40,667 bases of DNA from an uncultured Candidatus Saccharibacteria bacterium (GCA_964356215.1 CAYHGO010000001.1:1-40667); one strand, 5' to 3'; positions 8,507 through 17,942 are shown, counted from the stretch's first letter. Translations and numbers: made by a program. Notes: generated from the sequence alone by a model not told the origin.

Positions 8507-9526
8507 CTATATTGCATTTAAAAACTTTTCCATTTTCCAGACCATACGAGTATGCTCGCGCGACCATCCTTCCTTGAAATGATTGATACCGAGTTCTTTT
8601 CCTGTTGCCGTCGCGGGGTCATATTTCGGCCCGAGCTCATACGTCGGCACATTTCTTTTTTGCAATTCTTCTATCGCTCGCCATTTCAGGAGATGGCTCA
8701 CACGCTGATCGGCAAAATTCGGGTCTACCGCGACGGAGTTGTCATACGCCACATTTTTATACAGAGACACTAGCAACATACCAACGACCGCGCCGCTTTC
8801 GATATGCGTCGCCACCGCGTAAAATCCTTCTCCTTTCCGAGCAGTATCGGTTTGTTTCGTATAACTTTCCCGCGAGCGAAATTGCCCGCCAGCATCTTTC
8901 ATGTGGAGCCGAAAATAAGTTTCTTCAAGCTCGGGCGTTACCGCAACTCCCTCCGCAATGCTGAGCGTAAAAAGCGGTGCATATTTTTTGTGATAGCGAC
9001 GATATCTCTCACGGACCGCGTCAAGTGTCCCGTCCGTAATTGTCACAACGTGTTCATCAAAGTGACCGGGCTCATACGCGTACTTCAATGCAATTCTCTT
9101 CACGCGGATCTCCTCATCCCCGCTGTCCCGTGGCGGGGTTAAACGAACCCGTATATAGTATGCGCCCGTCTTGCAAGTGCGCCGATCCAATTCCTCAAAT
9201 GCGAAGTTCTCCAGTTCTTCCCTGTTCTGTGCCTCGCGCCGGAAACACGGCCAAGGGAGAAATCCGGAATAATACATCGCTTCGCGTTCAGCGACCCCTC
9301 CGATACTTTTTTCTTGAATAATCAGTGCCACGACGCCGACGGCTCTCCCGTCCTCATACACAAAAAAAGAATGGTCCTCGGCTTTGAACTTTTCACCCGC
9401 GCTTAGATTGAACTCATGCGCGAGCCAGGTGTGCCAGACCCATCCATCCTCTGACACGTCCACTATTTCCTGCCAAAGGCCTGACGCATCAGCCACTTTT
9501 TGTATATCGGTCGCTTGTATGTTCAT
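8507..9526 (-). CDS. FemAB-family / GNAT-fold acyl- or aminoacyl-transferase, 339 aa (paralog B)
   Basis: Roughly 55 percent identical by eye to 6805..7806 (SEDGWVWHTW, GFLPWPCF, YFRLH, SRESY, GEGFY.VATH, INHFKEGW). 4-nt ATGA overlap with the upstream gene. Confidence 0.55.
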   Translation of the reverse strand: MNIQATDIQKVADASGLWQEIVDVSEDGWVWHTWLAHEFNLSAGEKFKAEDHSFFVYEDGRAVGVVALIIQEKSIGGVAEREAMYYSGFLPWPCFRREAQNREELENFAFEELDRRTCKTGAYYIRVRLTPPRDSGDEEIRVKRIALKYAYEPGHFDEHVVTITDGTLDAVRERYRRYHKKYAPLFTLSIAEGVAVTPELEETYFRLHMKDAGGQFRSRESYTKQTDTARKGEGFYAVATHIESGAVVGMLLVSLYKNVAYDNSVAVDPNFADQRVSHLLKWRAIEELQKRNVPTYELGPKYDPATATGKELGINHFKEGWSREHTRMVWKMEKFLNAI

Positions 9527-11370
9527 TTTTGTTCCCGTGCAAGGTGCTTAATGAATTCCACTATACGCTCAGACGACTTGCCATCAAGAGAATATTTTTC
9601 AAGAAAATATTTCTGGCGCGCGAGAAGCCCACTACGATAGGATGCATCCGCAAAGATACGCGCGAGGACGGAAGCCGCTTCTCCGGCAGTGCGAACGAAA
9701 GGCACTGTAGGCGTATACATCTGCGCATTGTATGTATCAAAAACCTTCCATCCGTACAGGACGAGAGGTTTTCTCACCAGCATCGTCTGATAAATAATCG
9801 TCGAATTGCCGCATACTACGGCATCGCTCGTGCACAAAAGTGCAAAAATGTCTTCACTCCCGGCTATTGCATAATCCCCGTGGAATAACTTCCTGACATA
9901 TTCTCGCGTCGAAGCAACAAACTTGCCATTGCGACATTTAAAGAGCACCTGCAAGCCCGGGATGGCACTCTGCGCTGCACGGATCGTTTCGAAAAACTCG
10001 ATAAGCTGGTACGAATCATGGTCAAACAAAGCCGGCGCGGAGAACGGCACCGCGACGAGCAGGACTGGCCGAGCTGTATCCAATCCGAGCTGTTTGAACA
10101 GTTGTCCTCCTTTCCCACGTGCGCGAGCGTATCCGGTACGATACTGATCGAAGCGCGGCGACCCGGTTGCGATAAGCCGATTGCGTGCATGTCCAATGCG
10201 TTCATGCCATATATTCGTATCAGCGCCATAGGTCGCAAGATAATCAGTCTCAATGCGGGAAAGTGCAACGCGTGGGTCGATATAGATTACTCCATGTTGC
10301 AATTCTATGGAAGGAATTCTTAATTGTGCAGCGACGCGAGCCATGATGAAAAAATGGTGATGCCGACCGCTCACCGATGCCAGCTGCAATACGACGTCTG
10401 GTTTTTCTTCCCCCATGATGCGCTGCAGTGCGTCTATAACCGCTATAATTCTTGGCGCATAAGCCATGAGATATTCGCATGCTTCCAATACAGGACTCCA
10501 ATCGAGTCCTCCTTGTCGACCGGCAAGATACACCGCAACATCTTTTTTTGCAACTTTCCATTTTTGTGTAAAAGCTTCCGAGGTTCTTATCGCTCTACTC
10601 ATCTCAACAGTGTGTATTTCGTTGTCCGGATGTCGAATACGAATGCGGTGTTTAAGAATCTGCCGCCAGGGTATCTTTTTAAGCTCGCCACTTCCTGTGA
10701 GTATGAGTTCCGTATCGTTTATGTGCTCTATAACGGGTCCGATGTGTGACCAATATTCGCTCGCGTATATTTTATATTTGCGATGCGGCAGAAAACTGAT
10801 AATCATAGTATATCCCCGCACCAGTAGCGACTTCCATGCAACCGCTGAAAACAACCGCTTTTGCGGCGTCACAGGCCTGTCCAAAATGGTGATCTGGAGG
10901 CCAACCATACGTGTCGCATCTATGATCGCCCGCCGTTCAAAAGAAACGAGGCATTTATCAGTTGTGGCATCCTTCATGATAAGAAATGGAATAATGAGAC
11001 GCGTGTGTTGGTACGTTTTTTTAAGCGCACTATATATTCGCACATAATAAAACAATCGGGTTAGATACTCCCCCATCATGACAGGTTCCACAACTTCGCC
11101 GATCCTGATGCCGCGGTGCTCAAAGAATTTCATCGCGGGCAGACGGTACCACTCGCGCGCGACATCCTGCGCAAGCTCCCACCATTCCTCTTCCCCTTTC
11201 TCGGCATCAACGACATCTCGTAACGAAACGAACGGGATATCTTTTCTTTTCAGTTCCTGCCCGATCAAGAAATCAAGGCATATGATCGTTGCACCGCGCG
11301 CCACGTACGCGCGCGCTTCTTCAACGTGCCACGGCTCGTAGGCGATATAGAGTTTTTTTTGTTCGGTCAT
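9523..11370 (-). CDS. Large GT-B-like transferase with a TagF (CDP-glycerol glycerophosphotransferase)-like C-terminal half, 615 aa (paralog 1); exact activity unknown
   Basis: Clean ORF with ATGA overlaps at both ends. Motifs shared with its neighbour: IPS(I/L)ELQHG (compare the TagF-family WHG histidine), GSPRFD (compare GYPRND) and C-terminal DGK(A/S)SERI(V/I)E. The gene call is firm but the function is tentative. Confidence 0.45.
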   Translation of the reverse strand: MTEQKKLYIAYEPWHVEEARAYVARGATIICLDFLIGQELKRKDIPFVSLRDVVDAEKGEEEWWELAQDVAREWYRLPAMKFFEHRGIRIGEVVEPVMMGEYLTRLFYYVRIYSALKKTYQHTRLIIPFLIMKDATTDKCLVSFERRAIIDATRMVGLQITILDRPVTPQKRLFSAVAWKSLLVRGYTMIISFLPHRKYKIYASEYWSHIGPVIEHINDTELILTGSGELKKIPWRQILKHRIRIRHPDNEIHTVEMSRAIRTSEAFTQKWKVAKKDVAVYLAGRQGGLDWSPVLEACEYLMAYAPRIIAVIDALQRIMGEEKPDVVLQLASVSGRHHHFFIMARVAAQLRIPSIELQHGVIYIDPRVALSRIETDYLATYGADTNIWHERIGHARNRLIATGSPRFDQYRTGYARARGKGGQLFKQLGLDTARPVLLVAVPFSAPALFDHDSYQLIEFFETIRAAQSAIPGLQVLFKCRNGKFVASTREYVRKLFHGDYAIAGSEDIFALLCTSDAVVCGNSTIIYQTMLVRKPLVLYGWKVFDTYNAQMYTPTVPFVRTAGEAASVLARIFADASYRSGLLARQKYFLEKYSLDGKSSERIVEFIKHLAREQK

Positions 11371-13289
11371 TTACGTTTCTGGGACAATCGCGTAATAAGT
11401 TCTATGATACGCTCTGACGCTTTGCCATCAAACAAATGAAACTGAGAGAGAACGTTCTCCGCACGTTCTGACAATCGCTCGCGTACAGCGGTTTCTGAAA
11501 GCGAATGAAATGCATTCTCAAGATCTTCCTGCGTATCAGCGACGAGAAGACCTCCCGCCTCTGAATACCGGGTGAAATGAAAATTGACTGCTTTTTTCTC
11601 AGGCGGATCAGTCGTAAAAACAACTACCGGCTTGTTGAATTTCAGCGCTTCCAAAACAAACGTAGAATAATACGATACGACAAAATCCGCAGAAGCAAAA
11701 AGGACAGGAAGGGACTCGTGCCGGGTAATGGTGTGGGGTATGCGAGCAAATATCCTGTCGATTACTTCGCGATAAAAATGTTCCCGAACCGGACCGGGGC
11801 GCAGTTTGATGACTACGGAACTGCCCGGAACTTTCTCCAATGCCCGAGCAATTGCCGTATAGTAGTCCTCCAAATCGTAGTCATCCTGAGCGCTTTCGAC
11901 GGCAACGATAGTTCCAACACACAGCACTGACAGACCCTTCCTTTCCTGGCGATTCTTGTTGGTGGGGGGAACTTCTTCCTCATACGCATCAAACCGGGGT
12001 GAACCGACTATGGGCAATTTCTCGCGGGGAAACCCGAGTGCGGCGAATTCGTCTTGTACCAGTTGTCCGTACACGGCGATATATTCGGCGCTATGCCGTC
12101 TGCTGTATGAATCAGGGCCAAGGTACTCGAGCCCATGTTGGAGCTCCAGAGACGGTATGGCGCAGGCGCGGGCGACCTGCGCCAAGATATTAAAGTGCGT
12201 CTGCAGGCTGACGCTCGCACGCAGGAACACTATGTCGGGCTTGAGCGCTATGAGCAGTGCAAACGTGCCGTCAATGTCACGGAGCGTTTGGGGTACGACG
12301 CGTGCACATAGTTCGTCAAATGCTTCAATCATAAGCGGACGAAGTGTAATACCTCTGTAAGCATACTTGGAAAATCCATTCTCTCTGAGTTCGTTCCGTC
12401 GTTCCTCAAACAATTGCTGCGCCTCTCCACGGGCCCTTTCGTTGTCGCGGATGGAGAAGGAATTGAAATTATACAGACGGATCCGATACCGCCAGAGGTT
12501 TTTGAACCCTGCTTTCAACGCTTCTCCCCGGTCAAAAAGCATGAGCTCTCCTTGTGGCAACTGTTCCATAATGGGCGCGACGTTCCGCCAATAGTCCGAG
12601 GCGAGGATACGCGGTGTCCCACGCGGCCGCACGAGGCCAATGCAGATATTGTACATAGTTATACTTAGTTCGAGTAGCATCCGTTTAAGCGCAAATGTAC
12701 GTCTGTTGAAGCGCATCTGCTTCATCGGCACCCGCGCATGCGGTATGACTACTTCGATCCCCAGTTGTTTTCCTATGAGCTTCGCGCATGCGACAACCGC
12801 AACGATATGCTCGCGCAATAATGGCTGTTGGCGCACGGCAGTAACCTCTTGAGGGGTAGCCGCTGCCAGCGAATGCGACGAAGGAAAGACTACCAGCCGC
12901 CGTGCAGCGGGGTGCTGTGTCAGTACATTCTCAAATACGGTCGTGTAATATAAAAGCCGTAAGATATAATCCTGAACTGGTAAGAAAAACATTTGCGCAA
13001 GCGAGACGCCGCGATACTGGAACCATCTCCATTCTTGGCTGTCAAACAGTCCCGCCGTCCATGCTTCTGCCAATTGAAATCGACTAGTGTCGCGAGGACG
13101 GTATGCGCGACCGGAGCAGAATGGAATACTTTTCTCTGCGAGCGCGCTCTCTATTTCAAGACTTGAAGGAACAATGAGATATCCCTCCCTGCGGATCTCC
13201 GGATGCTCGTCAAGAAAGCGCGTGCAGGCATCGATGTGAGCCTGCTCATAGAGAAAAAAGAGATTCCGTTCTCCGGTCTTGCGTGCCAT
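11367..13289 (-). CDS. Large GT-B-like transferase, TagF-like C-terminal half, 640 aa (paralog 2)
   Basis: Same architecture and motifs as 9523..11370 (SLELQHG, VGSPRFD, FDGKASERIIELI), at low overall identity. Confidence 0.45.
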   Translation of the reverse strand: MARKTGERNLFFLYEQAHIDACTRFLDEHPEIRREGYLIVPSSLEIESALAEKSIPFCSGRAYRPRDTSRFQLAEAWTAGLFDSQEWRWFQYRGVSLAQMFFLPVQDYILRLLYYTTVFENVLTQHPAARRLVVFPSSHSLAAATPQEVTAVRQQPLLREHIVAVVACAKLIGKQLGIEVVIPHARVPMKQMRFNRRTFALKRMLLELSITMYNICIGLVRPRGTPRILASDYWRNVAPIMEQLPQGELMLFDRGEALKAGFKNLWRYRIRLYNFNSFSIRDNERARGEAQQLFEERRNELRENGFSKYAYRGITLRPLMIEAFDELCARVVPQTLRDIDGTFALLIALKPDIVFLRASVSLQTHFNILAQVARACAIPSLELQHGLEYLGPDSYSRRHSAEYIAVYGQLVQDEFAALGFPREKLPIVGSPRFDAYEEEVPPTNKNRQERKGLSVLCVGTIVAVESAQDDYDLEDYYTAIARALEKVPGSSVVIKLRPGPVREHFYREVIDRIFARIPHTITRHESLPVLFASADFVVSYYSTFVLEALKFNKPVVVFTTDPPEKKAVNFHFTRYSEAGGLLVADTQEDLENAFHSLSETAVRERLSERAENVLSQFHLFDGKASERIIELITRLSQKRK

Positions 13290-13334
13290 GAGTACCGCTT
13301 GTTTGAGATAACTAGTTACTGCTCTATGAAGTTG

Positions 13335-14225
13335 CTAACGCATCGGTGCGCGTCCGACGGTCGTCTTTAAGAATGCGCGCAACACCTGATCTATCCATAA
13401 CAGAACGACCATAAGCGGATAGGATGCGGGGAAGAATTTCTTGAGATAAATCTCCAGACCGTCATAGTACTGACGGTCGAACTTCTTGACGTTCATCTTG
13501 CCGAACGATGCGGTTTTGATGTGTGTGGCCTTCGCATCCGGGACCAGAAATATCTTGTACCCACGATCATAGATGCGGCGGCACAGGTCCACGTCTATAA
13601 ACATGCGAAACTTCGGGTCCATGATCTCGGAACCGAGCGCCTCGCGCCGCAGGATGAGGCATGCGACGACCGCCATCTCAATCTCAAAGACGCGGGTCGT
13701 ATCAAGGTCCGTAATGTGATACGAGTTGTAATGGCGCAATCCGAGGAAATATTTATCAATGAACCGCCCGGGTACCGTCGTGTAAAAGGCGACCAAAGGC
13801 GTCATGTGCCGGCGGTAATAATTCTGTATCCTGCCGTCGGGATAATGGAGATTGCCCGTTGCGGCGCCCGCCTCGGAATGCGTATCCATAAAGGTGATGA
13901 GCGCGCGAAGGGTTCCCGGCCAGATCTTCGCGTCGGTGTCTAAGGTCATCAGATACCTGCCGCGCATGCGGTCAAGCGCGACATTCAGCGCCGAGTAACC
14001 GACGTTCTTCTCATTCCGCACGAAAAGAAAGCGCGGGTTCCGCTTGTATTTCTCGTCAATAAGGGCCAAACCGCCGTCGGTAGAGGCATCGTCGATCACG
14101 ATACAGTCCCACGAAACGTCCCCTCCGTACTGGACGACCGATTCAAGCGCTTCGTTCGCCAGTTCGGCGGAATTGTAAATGGAAACAATGAGGGAAACTT
14201 CGGGAATGCTTTCTGTAATTTTCAT
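13335..14225 (-). CDS. Family 2 glycosyltransferase (GT-A fold), 296 aa
   Basis: N-terminal VSLIVSIYNS, IVIDDASTDG and DxD-like LDTDA. First gene of the minus operon. Confidence 0.85.
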   Translation of the reverse strand: MKITESIPEVSLIVSIYNSAELANEALESVVQYGGDVSWDCIVIDDASTDGGLALIDEKYKRNPRFLFVRNEKNVGYSALNVALDRMRGRYLMTLDTDAKIWPGTLRALITFMDTHSEAGAATGNLHYPDGRIQNYYRRHMTPLVAFYTTVPGRFIDKYFLGLRHYNSYHITDLDTTRVFEIEMAVVACLILRREALGSEIMDPKFRMFIDVDLCRRIYDRGYKIFLVPDAKATHIKTASFGKMNVKKFDRQYYDGLEIYLKKFFPASYPLMVVLLWIDQVLRAFLKTTVGRAPMR

Positions 14226-14250
14226 AGATACTGAATGCTACCACGCGCGT

Positions 14251-14279
14251 TTGATTCTCGGAACGCAGTGGAGTACGAT
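14251..14279 (+). promoter_or_regulatory. Sigma70-like promoter candidate for the transketolase operon (TTGATT-N17-TACGAT)
   Basis: TTGATT at 14251..14256 and TACGAT at 14274..14279 with a 17-nt spacer, 18 nt upstream of the ATG at 14298, in the divergent intergenic region. Pattern match only. Confidence 0.35.
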
Positions 14280-14297
14280 GACGAAGACAAAACGGCT

Positions 14298-15071
14298 ATG
14301 GCTACAAACATACACGAGCTACGGCTTTCCATCGTGCAGGCCTCCTTGCAATCCGGCGAAGGCCATATTCCGAGTGCCTTCTCTATCCTTGATATTTTGA
14401 TAGTCCTGTACAACAGAATACTAAAATTCAACCCGAAAAATCCGGCTGACCCGAAGCGCGACCGCTTCGTACTAAGCAAGGGCCATAGCGCACTCGGACT
14501 CTATGCGGTCTTGGCGGACAAGGGCTTCTTCTCAAAGAAAGAATTGCGGACATTCGGCACATTCGCAAGCAACCTTGGAGGCCATCCCGATTCGTTGAAA
14601 GTGCCGGGTGTCGAAGTGTCGACCGGCTCTTTGGGCCACGGCTTCCCCGCCGCGGTCGGTATGGCGCTCGCACTGAAGATTACAAAAAACAAAGCGCGGG
14701 TATTCGCCGTCATCGGGGATGGCGAGAGCAATGAGGGTTCGGTATGGGAAGCCGCGCTTCTTGCGAGTCACCACAAGCTGGATAACCTGGTCTGCATCGT
14801 GGATTACAACCACTCAACCGACCGTGCCGTCTCGGTTGGCGACGTGGTAGCGAAGTTCTCGGCATTTAACTGGGACGCAATAACAGTCAGCGGGCACGAC
14901 CAGAAAGCGCTCTACAAGGCCCTGACCGCCAAGCACCCGGGGAAGCCGTTCGCGATTATCGCCACAACCATTAAAGGATACGGTTGCACCATGATGGCCA
15001 ATAATCCGGCGTGGCATCACAAGACGCCGACGAAAGCGGAGTACGCAGAGATCGTACAAGAGTGGCAATAA
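14298..15071 (+). CDS. Transketolase, N-terminal (ThDP/PP-binding) subunit, about 257 aa
   Basis: GHIPSAFSILDIL, LSKGH, GSLGHG and GDGE.NEG.VWEA motifs. Start moved from 14235 to the ATG at 14298 (MATNIHELR), which leaves a 72-bp divergent promoter region. Confidence 0.85.
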   Translation: MATNIHELRLSIVQASLQSGEGHIPSAFSILDILIVLYNRILKFNPKNPADPKRDRFVLSKGHSALGLYAVLADKGFFSKKELRTFGTFASNLGGHPDSLKVPGVEVSTGSLGHGFPAAVGMALALKITKNKARVFAVIGDGESNEGSVWEAALLASHHKLDNLVCIVDYNHSTDRAVSVGDVVAKFSAFNWDAITVSGHDQKALYKALTAKHPGKPFAIIATTIKGYGCTMMANNPAWHHKTPTKAEYAEIVQEWQ

Positions 15072-15088
15072 TCCTCTGGACTTTAAGT

Positions 15089-15970
15089 ATGCGAAAACAA
15101 CTCGTCACGACCGTTGAAGCTCTGGTGGAAAAAGACAAGCGCGTGGTCGTGCTCCTCGGCGACATCGGCGTCTTTGGCTTCCGTCGTTCGATGACCGCCC
15201 ACCCCGACCGCGTGTACAACATCGGCATTTTGGAACAGGCGACGATGAGTCTCGCCTCCGGGCTCGCGAAGACCGGCCTCATCCCCGTATTCCACACCAT
15301 CGCGCCGTTCATCGTCGAACGGGCGCTGGAACAACTAAAGGTCGACTTCGGATTCCAACAATTAGGCGGAAACTTCGTGAGCGTGGGCGCCTCTTACGAT
15401 TATGCCGCGCTCGGCGCCACGCATCATTGCCCCGCCGATGTCGGCACACTGAAAAATATCCCCGGCATGGAAATCGTGGTGCCGGGAACAGCGCAAGAAT
15501 TTGATACGCTCTTCAGGCAATCCTACGACGACGGTCGTCCGACGTATTTCCGTTTGAGCGAGCGGGCAAATGCAGAAAGTCAGAACGTGAAGTTTGGAAA
15601 GGCGCAGGTCGTGAAGAAGGGCACGAGGGCGACCGTAATCGCCGTCGGCCCGCTGTTGGAAAATGCATTGACAGCGACAGAAAAAGAGGACGTGACTATT
15701 CTCTATTACACAACGCTCGCCCCATTTGATGCAAAAACACTTCGATCCAACTTAGCAGGAGACAAGATACTTATCTGCGAGCCCTACTACGAAGGAGCCC
15801 TCGCTCTCGACGTCATCAATACATTCCCCAATCAGGCGATACAGATAGCGCACGCAGGTATGCCGAAGCGATTCCTCTCGAGCTACGGCACGGCAGAAGA
15901 ACACGATAAAGACCTGGGGCTGACCGCCGGAGCGATTAATAAGAAATTAAAGAAACTGATGCATGAATAA
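15089..15970 (+). CDS. Transketolase, C-terminal (pyrimidine-binding) subunit, about 293 aa
   Basis: Start moved to the ATG at 15089 (MRKQLVTT...). Motifs DIGVFGF, YNIGILEQ.M...A.GLA..G and FRLSE follow the split-transketolase B subunit pattern. Confidence 0.85.
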   Translation: MRKQLVTTVEALVEKDKRVVVLLGDIGVFGFRRSMTAHPDRVYNIGILEQATMSLASGLAKTGLIPVFHTIAPFIVERALEQLKVDFGFQQLGGNFVSVGASYDYAALGATHHCPADVGTLKNIPGMEIVVPGTAQEFDTLFRQSYDDGRPTYFRLSERANAESQNVKFGKAQVVKKGTRATVIAVGPLLENALTATEKEDVTILYYTTLAPFDAKTLRSNLAGDKILICEPYYEGALALDVINTFPNQAIQIAHAGMPKRFLSSYGTAEEHDKDLGLTAGAINKKLKKLMHE

Positions 15971-17003
15971 GCTCGCCCGAACGATAGTGGATGACGCAAA
16001 GGATTCCGTCCGCGGCACAGATTTCTCGGGATTGAAAAACAAAAGCGTTTTGATTACCGGCGCCTCCGGACTCGTCGGCACCTACCTCCTCGCAGGGTTG
16101 GCGAACATTCCGCAGAAAAATCGGCCAAAAAAAATATACGCCGTATGCCAGAGCAGGCCCGAAAAATATTGGAGGGAGATAGTAACTCGCGTGCGCGCCA
16201 CGATTTTGCAGGGAAATCTTTGCGACGACGCGTTCGTCCGCACACTGCCGAAAGCTGATATGGTGCTTCACGCGAGCGGCTATGCGCAACCGGGTAAGTT
16301 CATGGCCGACCCATTGAAGACGCTCAAACTTAATACCGCGGTCACGCTGAAGCTGCTCGCGAAGCTACGGAAAAACGGAAAATTCCTTTTCATTAGCACC
16401 AGCGAGGTCTATAGTGGCCTCACTCGCTCGCCCTTCAAGGAAACGGACATCGGCACCACCAACACCGACCATCCGCGCTCCTGCTATATAGAAGGCAAGC
16501 GTTGCGGCGAGGCCATTGTTTACGCGGCGCGCGGCAAAGGCGTCGAGGCGAAGGCGGCGCGGCTCTCGCTCGCCTACGGTCCGGGCACGAGGCGTGACGA
16601 CAAGCGGGCATTGCATTCGTTCATCAATCGGGCGCTCGCAGAAAAGAAGATAGAGATGATGGACAGCGGCGAGGCCATGCGGACCTATTGCTACGTCACG
16701 GACGCGACACAGATGATGTGGTGCATTCTCCTCCACGGCACGGACGCCGTCTACAATGTCGGCGGGACCTCTCGCACAAGCATTGCGAAGCTGGCGAAGC
16801 TCATCGGAAAGATTCTGAATGTGCCGGTCATCATCCCGAAGGCGCAGAAGACCGCACTCGCCGCTCCGGAAGATGTGCGGCTCGACTTGAGTAAAGTGAG
16901 AAAAGAATTCGGCAAAAAGAAGTTCGTCTCGTTTGAAGAAGGGGTGAAAAGAACCGTTGCCTGGCAAAAAGTGCTCTACCGAAGTGGCACGAAAGCAATT
17001 TGA
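15963..17003 (+). CDS. NAD-dependent epimerase/dehydratase (extended SDR), UXS/UDP-glucuronate decarboxylase-like, 346 aa
   Basis: Rossmann motif VLITGASGLVGTYL. Catalytic region PRSCYIEGKRCGEA resembles CYDEGKRVAE of the UXS/ArnA-type decarboxylases. 8-nt overlap with the upstream gene. Confidence 0.7.
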   Translation: MNKLARTIVDDAKDSVRGTDFSGLKNKSVLITGASGLVGTYLLAGLANIPQKNRPKKIYAVCQSRPEKYWREIVTRVRATILQGNLCDDAFVRTLPKADMVLHASGYAQPGKFMADPLKTLKLNTAVTLKLLAKLRKNGKFLFISTSEVYSGLTRSPFKETDIGTTNTDHPRSCYIEGKRCGEAIVYAARGKGVEAKAARLSLAYGPGTRRDDKRALHSFINRALAEKKIEMMDSGEAMRTYCYVTDATQMMWCILLHGTDAVYNVGGTSRTSIAKLAKLIGKILNVPVIIPKAQKTALAAPEDVRLDLSKVRKEFGKKKFVSFEEGVKRTVAWQKVLYRSGTKAI

Positions 17004-17077
17004 CTTATTTATAATGGTGTGCTAGCATTAAACTCGGGTACCCATTAGGTTGGGCAGTTACTTACGAGAGGTGTGCG

Positions 17078-17836
17078 ATGAATTCCGAGATGCTCTTTGT
17101 CTTTGTAGCAATAACGATGTCAAAATCCGTTGAGGATATTCGTTTTCAGCGGGCTCTTAAGTCAGTGGGAAAAGCGCGAGAATTCGGATATCCTTTCATA
17201 ATCGTCGATGGATCACCGGCTCCTGAAGCCGCGGACATGCTCCGAGACCGAGGGGCGATTGTGTACCGCCAACAGACGAAGGGCATGGGACCTGCAAGGC
17301 GGGAAGCGGTCTTTTATGCTCTCGAACACTGCAAAATGCTCGGCATAAAGGTGATTCAGTTCACTGAACCGGAAAAGGACGACTACATCCGGTTTGCTTC
17401 CAACACAGCTGAGCCGATACTTTCCGGTCGCGCCGAGATCGTCTTGTCGAGAAGGACGGTTGCATCCTGCAAGACATATCCGTTGTTCCAGCAGGAACAG
17501 GAGATTATCATGCTCGCGGCCTATGCCAAAGCATTGAGGATGCCTGAGGCAAACTCGTATCTGGGCCCGATTGCATTCTCGGTGGTAACCGCCGGCAAGT
17601 ATGTCTTGCTACAAAATCCACTGGAGTACGGCATCGAGGACACCTATGTTCAAACATACGCCCCGATTCTTGCTCGGAAAGACGGCGTTAAGGTCGTCGC
17701 TTCGGAAGAATTCGATTTCCAGTATCCACCGGAACAGAGAGCGGAAGAAGAGGGTGTTCTCGATGGGGCGATGCGGGCGAAACGTATCTGGCAAACAAAA
17801 TCGCTTATGGACGCTTTCGATAAGCTGACTCGATAA
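17078..17836 (+). CDS. Hypothetical protein with GT-A-like N-terminal region, 252 aa; distant paralog of 21120..21953
   Basis: ATG at 17078 preceded by GAGAGGTG. GYPFIIVDGS...GMGPARREA...TEPEK resembles the GT2 layout (DDGS...G.G.A...DxD), but EPEK sits at the DxD position. Function unknown. Confidence 0.4.
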   Translation: MNSEMLFVFVAITMSKSVEDIRFQRALKSVGKAREFGYPFIIVDGSPAPEAADMLRDRGAIVYRQQTKGMGPARREAVFYALEHCKMLGIKVIQFTEPEKDDYIRFASNTAEPILSGRAEIVLSRRTVASCKTYPLFQQEQEIIMLAAYAKALRMPEANSYLGPIAFSVVTAGKYVLLQNPLEYGIEDTYVQTYAPILARKDGVKVVASEEFDFQYPPEQRAEEEGVLDGAMRAKRIWQTKSLMDAFDKLTR

Positions 17837-17856
17837 GCGACTCGTCCTGCACAAAC

Positions 17857-17884
17857 GGCGCGGAAACCCCGCGCTGTTTTTTTA
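17857..17884 (+). terminator. Rho-independent terminator
   Basis: GC stem GCGCGG (17858..17863) / CCGCGC (17869..17874) with loop AAACC, extendable by flanking pairs, followed by T7 at 17877..17883. Located 21 nt after the stop codon at 17834..17836. Confidence 0.75.
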
Positions 17885-17942
17885 TGTTGTATATCACATA
17901 CGTTAGACATCGCCTGAGAATCATGCTAATTTCCTTTGGTCT

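Noticed and set aside
14235-14297. Upstream start at 14235 for the transketolase N subunit
   Set aside because: It would leave only 9 bp between divergent genes and would place the promoter-like TTGATT-N17-TACGAT inside the coding region. Homology starts near MATNIHELR, so the ATG at 14298 is preferred. This is not proven.
16365-16967. 200-aa minus-strand ORF; similar antisense ORFs at 18840..19424, 18934..19530 and 34177..34746
   Set aside because: All lie antisense to genes with strong family signatures (SDR, colD, ANL/acetyltransferase) and have Arg-rich, motif-free translations. Shadow ORFs.
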